Below, piece by piece: positions 37,991 through 50,035 of a DNA stretch of 64,000 nt (positions are counted from its first letter, which is position 1; every line of letters starts with the position of its first letter). The notes under the pieces are model-generated. The model was not told the origin of the DNA and ran no database searches. It saw only the letters and a program-made list of their open reading frames with translations. Source of the DNA: Camelus ferus (taxonomy: Eukaryota). A program made the position numbers and the translations under genes. Where the stretch lies: assembly GCF_009834535.1 (NCBI RefSeq), contig NC_045696.1, positions 61,258,001 to 61,322,000 on the forward strand, written 5' to 3'.

Positions 37991-38199
37991 TACACATGTA
38001 TATTTCCTAGCTCTGCCCACAGAGAAGGCTAGAAGCAACAACATCCAAGTAAAATACGTACAACCAGTGCCCAGATCTTGGTTTCTAATACCATTCTCCA
38101 ATAAAAATAAAGCAGACTTTTTGGGGAAATGACTGGGGGAGGGAATACACAAGAAGAATCTGGAGTATCTTCTGGATCCAAAAGTAAGGGAGTGTTCAA

Positions 38200-38430
38200 G
38201 GTCCTGGGTTCAATTCCCAGTATTTGCTCTAATAATGAATGAATGAATAAATAAATAAACAAACAAACCTAATTACCCCCCCCCAAAAAAAAAGCAGTTT
38301 TGGGAGGAGAACACAGCTCAGTGGTAGACTGCATGCTTAGCATGCATGAGCTCCTGGGTTCAATCCCTAGCTCTTCTATTAAAATAAACTGAATAAGCCT
38401 AATTACCCTACCCCTCCCAAAAAAAAAAAC
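38200..38430 (+). mobile_element. Two tandem vic-1-like SINEs (5'-truncated 38200-38293 + full 38302-38430)
   Basis: Two B boxes and two cctaattacccc...A tails; degenerate flanking duplication ccaaaa(g)taa(g/a)ggagtg(t/c)tcaa. Confidence 0.85.
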
Positions 38431-38660
38431 CCAAAATAAAGGAGTGCTCAAAGGACAAAATGATGGAGATGTGTCTTTGGCACAAGAGACAACTAAAGGA
38501 GTTCCCAGTGGCCAAAGCTTGGAACAAAATAGCATAATACTGGGTTATTAGCCAAAATATAAAATAAATATTGATAAGATCCTGCTAATATAAATAAATG
38601 ATTGACTACATAAATAAGTGGGAAAGATAGACAAATCTGTGCAAAAGAATTCCTATACAA

Positions 38661-38864
38661 GTTTGGAATTTGCAGATACTAACTACTATATAGAAAATAG
38701 ATAAACAACAAGGTCCTACCATATAGCACAAAGAACCTATATTCAATACATTATAATAATAAATAATATGGAAAAGAACATATATATATATATGTATAAT
38801 TGAACCGCTATGCTGTATACCAGAAACCAACACAAAATTGTAAACCGACTATACTTAAATAAAG
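38661..38864 (+). mobile_element. Short L1 3' end with 18-bp TSD
   Basis: TSD aaaagaattc(c/t)tatacaa at 38643-38660 and 38865-38882. Confidence 0.85.
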
Positions 38865-39557
38865 AAAAGAATTCTTATACAAATAATACATGTAGATACT
38901 GTTCCATTAAGGAGGTGCAGCATAACTCCCTGCCCCTAAAGTGTGGACCTCACATAGTGCATAGTGACTTCTCTCCAAAGAGTACAGTATGAAAAGGGGA
39001 GAAAAAAGAAAACCTTACAAATAGTACCTCAACTAGATAATCAAAGTCAACATCAACAAAGATAAGTAACATTGATAGTACCTTTGCTATAATGTGATGA
39101 AAATGGCACTTTACTTCTGTGGTTTTTCTCCCAGAAACACTTAACCCCAGTGTAATCAGAGGAGAACAATAGACAAACCATGATCGGAGCACATTGTACA
39201 AAATATTTGACCAACGCTCCTTAAAACTGTCAAGTTCACCAAAAACAAGTCTGAGAAACATTTACACTCTAGAGGCACCTAAGGAGACACGACTACATGT
39301 AATGTGGTATCCTGGATGAAATCCCAGAACAGAAATGGAACATTAAGTACAAACAAAGAAATCCAAATTAACAATAGACTTTAGTTAAGACTATGCATCA
39401 ATTTGGGTTCACTGGTTGTGATAAATGTACCTTAGTAATACAACAGTAGGAGATAGTGGGCGTGGGGTGTATGGGAACTCTCTGTATTACCCCTGTTAAC
39501 TTTTCTGTAAGTCAACAAGTAATTTATAGTAAAAAGTTTATGTAAAAAAAATACAAG

Positions 39558-39805
39558 GGTGAAGGAGGTCAAAAAGCTATAAAGTTTCACTTTTAAAATA
39601 AATAAGTCATAAGTAAGTCATGGGGATGTAATCTACAGCATAGTGACTATAGTTAATAATACTGTATTGCATATTTGAAAGTTGCTTAAAAAACCTGCCA
39701 TCTTAGCAAATCTCAAGTACACAAGATTATTAACTATAGCCATACTGTTGTACATTAGGCCTCTAGAACTTATTCTTTGCATAATTGGTATTTTATATCC
39801 TTTGA
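39558..39805. mobile_element. Two homologous L1MA/MB 3' UTR fragments in inverted orientation
   Basis: 39558-39688 (+) and 39701-39805 (-) share ctatagttaataat and ...tga(aag/gat)ttgct. Confidence 0.7.
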
Positions 39806-41234
39806 TCCTCAAGGGAGTTCTCCTTGCACAACTATTCCTTAAAATCAAAAAAGAGAAAATGATTATTTGTTTATAAACCAAAGCTAGATTTCTCACTTCT
39901 ATTTTATATCTACTTCTATTATATGTCAGGAAGCACCTCTTTCTCTTATGCTGAACATGATGCAGATAATGGATTCACGTAGGCAGCCAACTCGTACTGA
40001 GCACATACGATGTACCTATACATGTCAATCAATTCTCATAACAACTCAGTGAGGTGTGTTCTAATGTAATCATCATGCCCATTTTCCAGCTGAGAAAATT
40101 TAGAGAAGTTTGCCCAAGTAGTGAGAGATAGAGTTAGAATTTAAATCTGGGTCAAATGACTCCAGAGCCCATGTTGGCCTGTGCTATCATGAAATCTGCA
40201 GCCTAAGGGCTGGCTGGTGTTGGTTAGCACCCAAGGTTCAGAGTGATGGCAGAAGAGTAGGTAGGCAGGTCCTGAGCAACTCTGCCGGGCAGCCATCCAG
40301 GCCACTGTCCCCTTAGAGTTTCCTGGTCCCCCCAGGGCCCAACCACTGTGGACCCTTGGGGATGGGGTGGAGCCTGTTCTTCCCTCCTCAGTGGTAAGCC
40401 CCTTCTCCCAGGAGAGAGTGAGGCGAAATAAGGCCATCGTTAACAGGGTCACCGCATTACACAACATCCGCATTTGTGAATGGTGCTCCCTAAGCTGTGC
40501 AGCGCAGAGGTGTGGTGGCTGGTGGCACAGTCTGTGAGGTGAAGGGGCCGTCCCAAGTGAGGGAGCAGAGGGGGCTACAGTCTGGGGCAGTCTGGGCTTG
40601 GGCAGGACAAGTGAACCCAGGTTTCCCAGCCACTGAATCACCCTGTACTCCCAGTGTGTGTGCACTGACAGCTTCTCTGTAGCAACGGGTCTGAGCCTGA
40701 GACACAGAGCTGCCTTGGAGAGAGCAGTCACCCATCTCAAGAACCCTCATCAGCACTGTGAACACCAACTTAACAATAATGAGAAAAAGAACACAGAGCT
40801 CTGGCTTGGGACCACACTGTTGGCATCTCAAGCCTTCCCTTAATTCTTCTTTGGCATCATGCTATCTGCTTTTTTTGAGGGACTTTACAATGAATAAATC
40901 ACATGAAACTCACTGTTGAGCTTCTGGAGCCATTAAAGAAGGTGGCCATCATCACATCGTGCCACTGTGTGTCTCTTGTGAAGTTCTATGAGTTTTTCTG
41001 GGGTTTCGTTATCAAAAAAGGCTGAGCTTCTTCTGATCAACTGCAGGAGAGCGGCTGTGAATCTTGTTCCTGATTGTGTTTCTTTCTCGGCTGTAGCCTG
41101 AAGAAGTCAGAATCACTTCTGGAGCCCTATTCTAGCAACCGTGCAGGACTCCAGGATATGTATTTTTTAGATACAGGCCCTACCCACCTGGTTTCATCTT
41201 ATCCTGTCATTCTCAGTAGGACTCCATGGTTAAA

Positions 41235-41440
41235 ACAACAGACTTGGAGTCAGTCCAACCATCTACAATGCCATTTACCAACTGTGTGACCTTAGGCAGG
41301 ATACTTAACCTCTTTGAGTCTGTATCCTTATCTATAAGATAATAGTACTGACCCTACAGGGTTGTTCTTAGAATTAATAAAATAATCTATGTAAAATAAT
41401 TAGCCCAGTATACATCCTATAATAATGCTCAATAAATGAG
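41235..41440 (+). mobile_element. MIR SINE
   Basis: ccatttaccaactgtgtgaccttaggcagg..acttaacctctttgagtc...ctcaataaatg. Confidence 0.75.
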
Positions 41441-41544
41441 CATTTTAAAAGTTGTATTTCAATTTTAAATTTGTATTTATTTGCCATTGCCACCTCAAGT
41501 CCTTTTTTTGGAATAGCATAGAGGTAAAAACAAGTATAAAGAGG

Positions 41545-41933
41545 AAACTGTTAGGTAGTCCAGGCTTTTTCCATGCACCTGTGTGGGGCATTCTTTCCCT
41601 GTTAGACAAATGCAGAAGAAATCGGAGGGTAATCAGAAGGGTGGTTGGTAGAATGGATTTAGGACAAGTTAAGTCTCTCTCTGAAGACTACCCGAGGCTG
41701 AAGAGACCTGCCTCCCCAAGATCATACCATCCCCATGGAAAGGGTTACCCCAGCTCCAGGGCTTCCTGATGTAGGTTCAGCCGAGGCCTTGGTTCTACCT
41801 GTAACCCAAGCCAACCTCTCTCAATTCTGCGGCCCTCCCTCCTCTGCAGATCTTAATCCTGAGGACATCTTTAATAAACTTCCTATGCACAAAGCTCCTT
41901 CTCAGTCTGTTTGCCAGACACCCTCCCTGCGAC
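41545..41933 (+). mobile_element. ERVL LTR16-like solo LTR
   Basis: cccagctccagggcttcc...gccgaggccttgg...aataaacttcctatgcac...ctcagtctgttt...ctgcgaca end. Confidence 0.6.
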
Positions 41934-43006
41934 AGTTGTAAGGTTTGATTACTAAATGGCCCCATCTCTGACAGTCTAATGGGTTTGTCTCCACGATGGG
42001 CATGTACACTCCTGGTTCCCCTCATCAGGGATGCCTCTAGACCTGGCAACCTGTAGAAGTTGATCAAAATTAGAGACTGGGAGAAAATGCAGATGTCCTA
42101 GGTCTTCCTACATAAATGAAAAAAAAAATTAATCCCACAAACCACTTAAGAGGAACAATTCAAATCATACTTCTCAGAAGTATTTGGCATTGAAGTTGCT
42201 TCACCCTGAAAGGTTCTTTAGTAACAACTGACTTTTTTGCTTCCCACACCTCCACCTCCATCTCAAGTTAAGCCAAAAGGAAAAACCTACTGTTTGTTCT
42301 GGGTAAGCAACTGTGCAAAAATCTTGAAGGCTAATCAAGATTTTAAATTTTAATAATAAGTTCCTTAATGGAGCTCTAACTGCCAGGAATTCAGCAGAGA
42401 GGGAACATACACAGAGGTGTCAAATTCCAGCAGGCAAGATGAAGCTTAACCCTGAAAATACAATAGAAACTAATTTCTATTCTCCAGGGCACTTTGCAGG
42501 TCACTGATTCAGCTACAGATACTAAAAATAATGCATCTGTAGTGGTTCAGTTGAAGGACTGTAGGTAGTAGTAAATCTTATGGGACCCAGAGATGTATAT
42601 TTTAGATTTCTAAAGAGTCCTCAGAGGTCCTTGACACAGTTTATAACTGTGCACACATGAAGTGTGAACATGTCTTTAAATGTGTATTTTACCACTTCTT
42701 TTGGCCATAGCCATAATAATAATAGTTTAGCTGGGCAAAACTTTCTCAGTACGTTATTGGGGTGTAGAGTGGGTGCTGGCAAGTGGAGGAGCAGCTGAGG
42801 GAAGCTCTCTTCTCAGAGGAAATGGCTCCCAGTCCTCTGGTCTACAATGCCAGCTTTAGTTTTATCTATTTTTAGAGGAAGCAGGTCTTGGGTCTGTTGA
42901 CCAAGCTCATTGTGATAATCTATTGTCAGATGAGATATGTTCTGGATTTCTAACTGACGCCATGCATGGGTTTCGCATCCTAATTCTAGTTATCAAGACC
43001 ACACTG

Positions 43007-43176
43007 AGGGGAGGGTATAGCTCAGTGTTAGAGTGCATGCTTCGCATGCATGAGGTCCTAGGTTCAATTCCCAATACTTCCATGAAAATAAATAAATAAA
43101 CCTAATTATGTCCCCTCAAACTAAATAAATAAGTTAAAAAGTAAGCAAGTAAATAAATAAATAAATAAATAATGAA
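43007..43176 (+). mobile_element. tRNA-derived SINE (vic-1-like)
   Basis: GGGGAGGGTATAGCTCAGTG...GGTTCAATTCCC, (AAAT)n tail; TSD aagaccacactg / aagatcacactg. Confidence 0.9.
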
Positions 43177-43854
43177 AAGATCACACTGGCTTTATTTTGA
43201 GATAACTTAATTTTATGGTTTGCTTTTACTCACACCAGAATCACATATTTGTTCACTTTTTTGTATATGCTCTAGAATGTGCTTACTACTTAAGTTGGAT
43301 ATCACATTAGCCATTCCTCTGCACTATATACTTTATTAAATATCAAAATAGCCTTTCTTTTTCAAGGATTTATTGGTCGACGTTGCCTCTACTTCAGTTC
43401 CTATTGGTTGGTTATTTAAAAAAAAATTTTTTTTTTAATTTATGGCCATAATATTTATTTGCCCACTTAGGTCCCTTGAGCAGCAGAACTTGGAAGAGAG
43501 ATCCTTAGTGATCATCTCATCCCGCCCCATAAAGTACAGATGCACAAACCAAAGCCCAGTGAGTCTCTCTTTGAAGAGGAGTAGTTGCTGGTACAAGATT
43601 TCAGACACATTGTATTAACTAGATACTAAGATTAACAGTGTCTACTTTTTCTTCTTATGATCTTTCAATAGTTGCATCACCTTACACAGACAAAGGGAGA
43701 CTTGGAATTTAACTAGGTAGACCAAGGTTTGCCAAACACAACCCGAGGAAGGATGAGACCAAAGGTCTAGGCTGAAGCAGAAGACCCAGGGCCTTCATGC
43801 TGAGAGACTGCCTTGTTGGCACTTGGAATTTAATCCATTACATTTATATTGTTT

Positions 43855-44430
43855 GTAATTTTATTAATGTGTATCTATAAGGAACTCTGATATAACCATA
43901 TCATGCATACTATATAACTATTTAAAAGAATGAGGTAGGGCTCAGTGCACTGATAGCAAATCACATCCAAGATAGATGCAGTCGAAAAAGTAAGCTGCAA
44001 CGTGGTTGTCTTTGGGAGGGCAGGAAGTGGGGGCAGTGGGAACTGACTGGAAAGGGGCATGAGGAAACCTCTGGGGGATGGAAATGTTATGCATCTCCTT
44101 TTGGGAAGTGGTTACATAGGTGTATACAATAGTCAAAACCCTTTCACTGAATAATTAAGAACAGTGAATTTTATCACATATAAATTATATCATAATAAAA
44201 GAAAGTAAGCTAAAACAGAAAATAAGCTGCAGAGTAGCATATTCAATGTGATTCCATTTGTGTTATAAAAGAGGAGATATAAATATTTTTCCTTATATAT
44301 GTTAAAAACAATTTCTGAAAGGACACATATGATACTATTGATAGTGATTAACTCTAGGGAGTGGGCCAGGGAGAAATTTTTCATTTTATAAACTTCTGTA
44401 GTATTTAAGATGTTTTCTTCCCTTTTATGC
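43855..44430 (+). mobile_element. L1ME-like 3' fragments
   Basis: gaactgactggaaaggggcatgaggaaacctctggggga...ggttacataggtgtatac. Confidence 0.6.
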
Positions 44431-45074
44431 ATATATTAGATACATAATATAGTATGTCATATATACAGGTATATATATATAATATATAACATATATATAT
44501 AAACTTGATTGTAAACATTTCTCTTACTTGTGAAAAAGTAGAGGACAATTATAAGATCTTAAGAAAAATTTCTGGACCACAGCATATCTCTGTGGAGAAA
44601 GATAAGTAACAAAATAGAATGTGAACAAAACCATAGGTTCACCATGACATACAGTGTTTACCAGACACATTCCAAAAGAAGTGAGTCTGGAAATCCCCTA
44701 CAACCCCTGGAACCCCTATAAACTTCTATATGTGAAAACAATGAATCAGGAAGCTTGAAAATACGTGATGTTCTCCTTAACAGTAAATTCCTAATTAATG
44801 ATCCAAACTTTGGCAATCCATAATTTCCTTTTTTGTTTCTATACAAAACCAACTTCTAGAGAGGCCCACAGTAGATACTAGATAAAAATCTTATAAAATC
44901 AAATTGAAAGAAGCCTTGTAATTCCTGTGTAAATTTAGAAAGTAAACACACTGTCTGCAATTAAGATAATGGAAAGAACAAGAACTCTCCCTTACAGCAT
45001 GCTTTAAAAAATTCTGGGTGGTTTATAGACATAAATGTGAAAGACCAAACTAAAAAACAATACAGAAAATCATA

Positions 45075-46197
45075 TCAATATTTTTTGATCCATCTCCTAA
45101 AGCAAAGGAAATAAAAATAAAAATTAACAAATGGGACCTAATTAAACATAAAAGTTTTGCACAGCAAAAGAGACCATCAACCAAACAAAAAGACAACCTA
45201 CTGAATAAGAGAAAATATTTGCAAATGATATGAGTGATAAGGGGTTAATACCCAACAACCCAATTAAAACATAGGCAGAAAAACTGAATAGACATTTTTC
45301 CAAAAAGGAAATGCAGATGGCCAAGAGGCACATGAAAAGATGCTCAACATCGCTAATCATCAGGGAAATGAAAATCAAAACCACAATGAGATATCACCTC
45401 ACAACTGTCAGAATGGCCATCATCAAAAAGAACACAAAGAACAAATGCTGGCGAGGATGTGGAGAAAAGGGAACCCTTGTGCACTGTTGTTGGGAATGTA
45501 AATTGGTGCAGCCACTGCAGAAAATAGTATGGAGGTTTCTCAAAAAACTAAAAATTGAACTATCCTATGACCCAGCAATTCCACTCCTGGGTATATATCT
45601 GAAAAAAAAAATTAAAACACTTATTCAAAAAGATAAATGCACTCCATAGCAGCATTATTTACAACTGTCAAGATATGGAAGAAACCTAAGTGTCCATCAA
45701 CAGAAGAATGGATAAAGGAGATGTAATAGATATATATACACATACATACACACAATGGAATAGTACTCAGTCATAAAAAGGGATGAAATTCTGCAATTTG
45801 CAGCAACATGGATGGACTTGGTGGGCATTATTCTAAGTGAAATAAGTCAGATAGAGAAGACAAAGGCTGTAGGATATCACTTTTTGGTGGAATCAAAAAA
45901 ATACAACAAACTAGCGACTATAACAAAAAAGAAGCAGACTCACAGATATAGAGAACAAACTTGTGGTTACCTGTGAGGAGAAGGAAGGGGGGAGGATCAG
46001 TATGGGGTGGGGGATTAAAAGGTACAAACTATTAAGTATAAAATAAGCTACAAGGATATATTGTATAACACAAGGAATACAGCCAGTATTTTATAAGAAG
46101 TATAAATGGAGTATAACCTTTAAAAATTGTGGACCACTATATTATACACCTATAATTTGGATTATATTGTACATGAACTATACCTCAATAAAAAAAG
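45075..46197 (+). mobile_element. 5'-truncated L1 (ORF2 C-terminus + 3' UTR)
   Basis: ORF 45311-45649 = ORF2p Cys-rich tail ([14 protein letters not shown]...[24 protein letters not shown]...[11 protein letters not shown]); A tail; degenerate TSD aata(c/t)agaaaa(t/c)cat. Confidence 0.93.
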
Positions 46198-48799
46198 AAA
46201 AAATATAGAAAACCATCTTTATGACTTTAGAATAGGAAATAATTTTTAAAATAATTTGTAAAAAGTATAAACCATAAAACAAAACATTAATTCTATTCCA
46301 TTAGGAATCTGTTTTTATTAAAATATCCTATAAAGAAAGCAAAAAGCAAGCTACAAACATTTCTAACATACATAACCAATAAATTATTTGTATATAAAAT
46401 ATATAATTTGTTAAACCGTTTATATATGTTATATATACTATTTTGAGAATATATTTTACAGTAAAAAGAAAATCAAGAATGACAAGGTTCAGCTCTGTAG
46501 ATTCAGAGCTGGAGTGAACTTGGCTCTGTGACTAAGTGGCTGAATCTCTTCAACATCAGTTTTGTCACATTCTAAGTGACTGTAATAATAGTTCTTTCCT
46601 CCTAGGGCTCTCAGAGCGAGGCAAGTATGTGTAAACAAACATCTGATACATGGCAAGGGTGCAACAAAATGTTAATGATTACAACTATAAATAAGTAATA
46701 GTGTCAGAGTAGGATCGGAATCAAATACAGCTACCGAAATCCTCCTAATCTAAAGCGGGACTGTTTCCAGAACGCGTGGCTGGAGTTAACCAGCCTTGGC
46801 CATGGAGGGAAGGGGCAAGCAGGTACTGACCGCGTAGAACCCGCCCACCAGGCGGCCGCCTGCGTGGCCAGTGACGTAAGGTCCCGGGTCATTGCTCCTG
46901 TTCTTTCCATTCACTGGCTCCGAGGCAGGAGCCTTTTACAACACTTCCCACATGAGTCCCTGTAGAGAGCCACCGGCCCCACTGCCTGGAGGTGGGGGGT
47001 GTGGCTTGATTTGGGGCTGGACACCTGGGAGGAGAAACCATCCCAATTAAGACCCGTTCCAGGATCAAACGTCTCCAGGCTGTGAGGCTCTCTGGTCAGC
47101 AAAAATACTCCTTAAGGGTGAATAACCACCTTACATTTTTAAATAGGAGAAACCGACTTCCAAAACTCACTAGGCCCTGACTCACCAGCACTGAAACTGA
47201 GAACTCTTACTCCAAACAGGCTTAGCTTTGGAGAGAAATTCCTCCAAATTACGGGCCCATTTGTAAATTGTCTGTCTTGTTGATAATCACATTTAGAAAT
47301 GTCAAGTAGGAAAAAAGTACGAAAATTAAAAGCAAAAGAAAAGAAGGAGGAGGAGAAGGAGAAGAAGATGAATGAGGCTGGCTTCAATCCTTATGGTCAA
47401 GACAATCGGGGCCAGGCCTGCTGAGAAAGTCCAGGGCTCCGGGGGGCACTTCTCCATGGAAGGACCAGAATTAGACATGCCCCTTCCCTGCTGGGATGTG
47501 GAGCCAGGAGTCCTCTCCTCTGGAGCCTTTAACAAAAAGCTCAGAGTTCAGTGGCTGGGGGTGGATAGAGAGTGGTACCCTGTGGAGGCTGGAACAAATG
47601 AACTCCATGGAATGAGCAGAGACAGCCCCGTTCACACCATAAATAAGCCCCTTCCTATCTGATTCCTGTGTCCGAACTTTTTATTCCAAAAAGATAGTCA
47701 CCATATCCCTCTCATTCTCAGGCTTTTGAGGAGTTGTTTGTGTAATGAGAGCTTAGGTCAAGGAAATTTGGTTCCTCTCCAAAACAGAGTGGGGAAATGG
47801 GCTCATTGTAAGTGGCCCAAGTAACTCTGGCCCAGTGGGCACAGGCCACACAGTCCTAGTGCCCCATGGCCCCCAGCGGGGATGGCAGCTTTACCCACAT
47901 TATCCCATTCTCATAGTTTAGAGTCCGGAGAATTGGGTAGGATCATCAGAACCTGGGAGTGGGGGCCACTCTGGATCTGCTGGGCTGTAGCTCGGCACAG
48001 GGCTTCAGCTGGGGCCAAGGGAGGCCCAGAGCTGAAGCTCAAGCAAATGCTTTCCCTCTCTGACCCTTGCAACCCCCACTCCAACTGCTACCTTGGCTCC
48101 CAGCCCAGGGAGGCCCTAGACAGACCAAGGGTCAGACACGTGCCAGGGAGGTCTCCCAGGGTGGTTGCTGACAGGGAGCCAACCAGGAGATCAAGAAGGG
48201 AACACTCCAGTTTTTCCAAATCCACATGGCAGGTGATGGCAAACAACGGTGGGGCTTCCCCAGGGAATTTCTGGAGAGGAAGTTGATCCACAGAGGCACG
48301 GGTTGGTAACTTCCTTCCTAGGAGCCTCTACTCTCATTTTGCCACTCTTCCAGTTTTTATCTAAACCACACAGCATTGCCTCTGATGCCATGGGAAGAAT
48401 TTGCTGTATCAGGAAAATATATTGCAATACCATTCCCAGCATTAATGCGCCTGTGTTTTTTTTTTTTTTTTAGATCTTTATCTCTCAGCCAGGTCTTTAA
48501 AACAGGGCCTGAAGAATTATCCTCACACTCCAGACACCTATCCCTGGTTCTCAGCCAACTGGCTTTAATGCAAGCACCAATTTGTGCCCTCAAAACAGAA
48601 CAATAGTTTATACATTCAAACTCTGACACTTCACAGAAATCCAGGCAAAATCTGGAACTCCATTACAATATCTAGAGAATTATCCCTCAAATTGTTCTCA
48701 GTGGTTTCTTTCCTTGATGGGTAAATTTGGAAGTGATTCCCACAGGGCACCATTCAAAGATAAACTAAATCTGTAGTTGCTTCCCTCCTCACTTTGAGA

Positions 48800-49119
48800 A
48801 GTGTTGTTCAGTAGAGGTACGATGCAATTCACATATATATAACTCAAAATCTTGTATAGCCATATTAAAAAGATTTTGTAAAAGAAACAGGTGAAATCAG
48901 CTTTAATGAAATGTTATTTCACCCAACATATCCAAAATATTATTTCAGCATGTAATCAACATAATATCAATGAGCTATTTTAATTTCTTTTTTTTTGTCA
49001 CATGAAGCCTCAAAATCTGGTGTGTATTTTATACTTGCAGCATATCTCAATCCAGAGTAGCTACATTTCAGGTGTTCAGAGCCACACGTGGCTAGTGGTT
49101 ACTGTATCAGATAGTGCAG
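48800..49119. mobile_element. MER33/MER3-like hAT DNA transposon
   Basis: gtaaaaagaaacaggtgaaat...tatccaaaatattatttca...gccacacgtggctagtggttactgtat. Confidence 0.75.
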
Positions 49120-49854
49120 GCTAGAGCCTCAAGTCTGAATGTCACAAGTTGGCCTTCCAAGGCCTTCTTAACTTGGCCTCCATTTACGGATTCAGGCATA
49201 TTTACTCTTACTCCTGAAAAGGAATCTTAGAGAACTTCCCTCATTGTACATCTAATCCCATGTGAGCCCAGCCATGGAAAGTGACTTGCTTGAGGTCACT
49301 CAAATATTTAGCGGCAACACCAAGGCTTTCCTGACTTATAAAGCAGGTGGAACCTGTTGAGCCAATTAAGTACAGTATAAAAAATGTTACTGGACAGAAT
49401 TAATGGACGAATAGTTCCTTCTCTGCTCTGCTGATGATTTTTAGTGGACTCCAGCTTCTCAGAATGAGTCATCCCCACAGCCAGCCCCATGACTGTTTCA
49501 GTGGCAGGGTGGGCAGGCTGTCGGATGGCTATCGGGAAAGTTGCCTCAAGCTCTGCGTGCCCCAGGAATTTGTACACGGTCACCCTAGAGCGAAGCTGGA
49601 GCCTCCACAGAAGGGGCACCACCAACTCCCAGTTGCAGGGTCTCCCACGTCCTCCCACCTGTTGGGCCCAAACCAGAGAAGACGAAATGGAAGTGACATT
49701 GAGACTTGCAGAAAGCAGCAGGCAGGGTGAACAGGCCCTGGGGCCAGGCATCTCAGAGGGCGGGAAGGAGACAACACAGCAGCTCCAGAAGCCCTGGTCT
49801 CAGGACCAGGAGAGCCAGTGGGGGTCTGGCTGCAAAGGGGCCGAGGCGCCCCCA

Positions 49855-50035
49855 CTTGGAGATGCCTTTAGTGCTCATGTCAGTGCACTATCCCAGTGCT
49901 CACCTGAATCCTCTGGGGATCTTGCTGAAATGAAGATTCTGCCTCAGTAGGTTTGGGGTGGGGCCTCAGATTCAGCCTTCCTAACCACCTCTCAGATGAC
50001 GGTTCCCACTGGTCCAGGGACCATCCTTAAGAGCA
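49855..50035. mobile_element. MER5-like DNA transposon
   Basis: gaatcctctggggatcttgctgaaatgaagattctg..tcagtaggtttggggtggggcct. Confidence 0.7.

Larger units (their letters stand above)
35825..39550 (+). mobile_element. Old L1 (L1MC/MD-like) 3' region with nested insertions
   Basis: gaactctcattcattgctggtggg...ctcctaggcattta...tgctaagtgaaagaag; resumes after 37990 and ends ...gtatgggaactctctgtatta. Confidence 0.75.

Noticed and set aside
40141..40740. 199-aa minus-strand ORF
   Set aside because: No recognisable domain; composition typical of chance GC-rich ORFs; its end runs into a MIR.
44700..44830. Resemblance of KVWIIN*EFT to vomeronasal V2R receptors
   Set aside because: No other V2R/class C GPCR segments nearby; the block fits the recurring class-A repeat motif better.
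45311..45649. 112-aa ORF as a host gene
   Set aside because: It is the L1 ORF2p C-terminal fragment of a truncated element.
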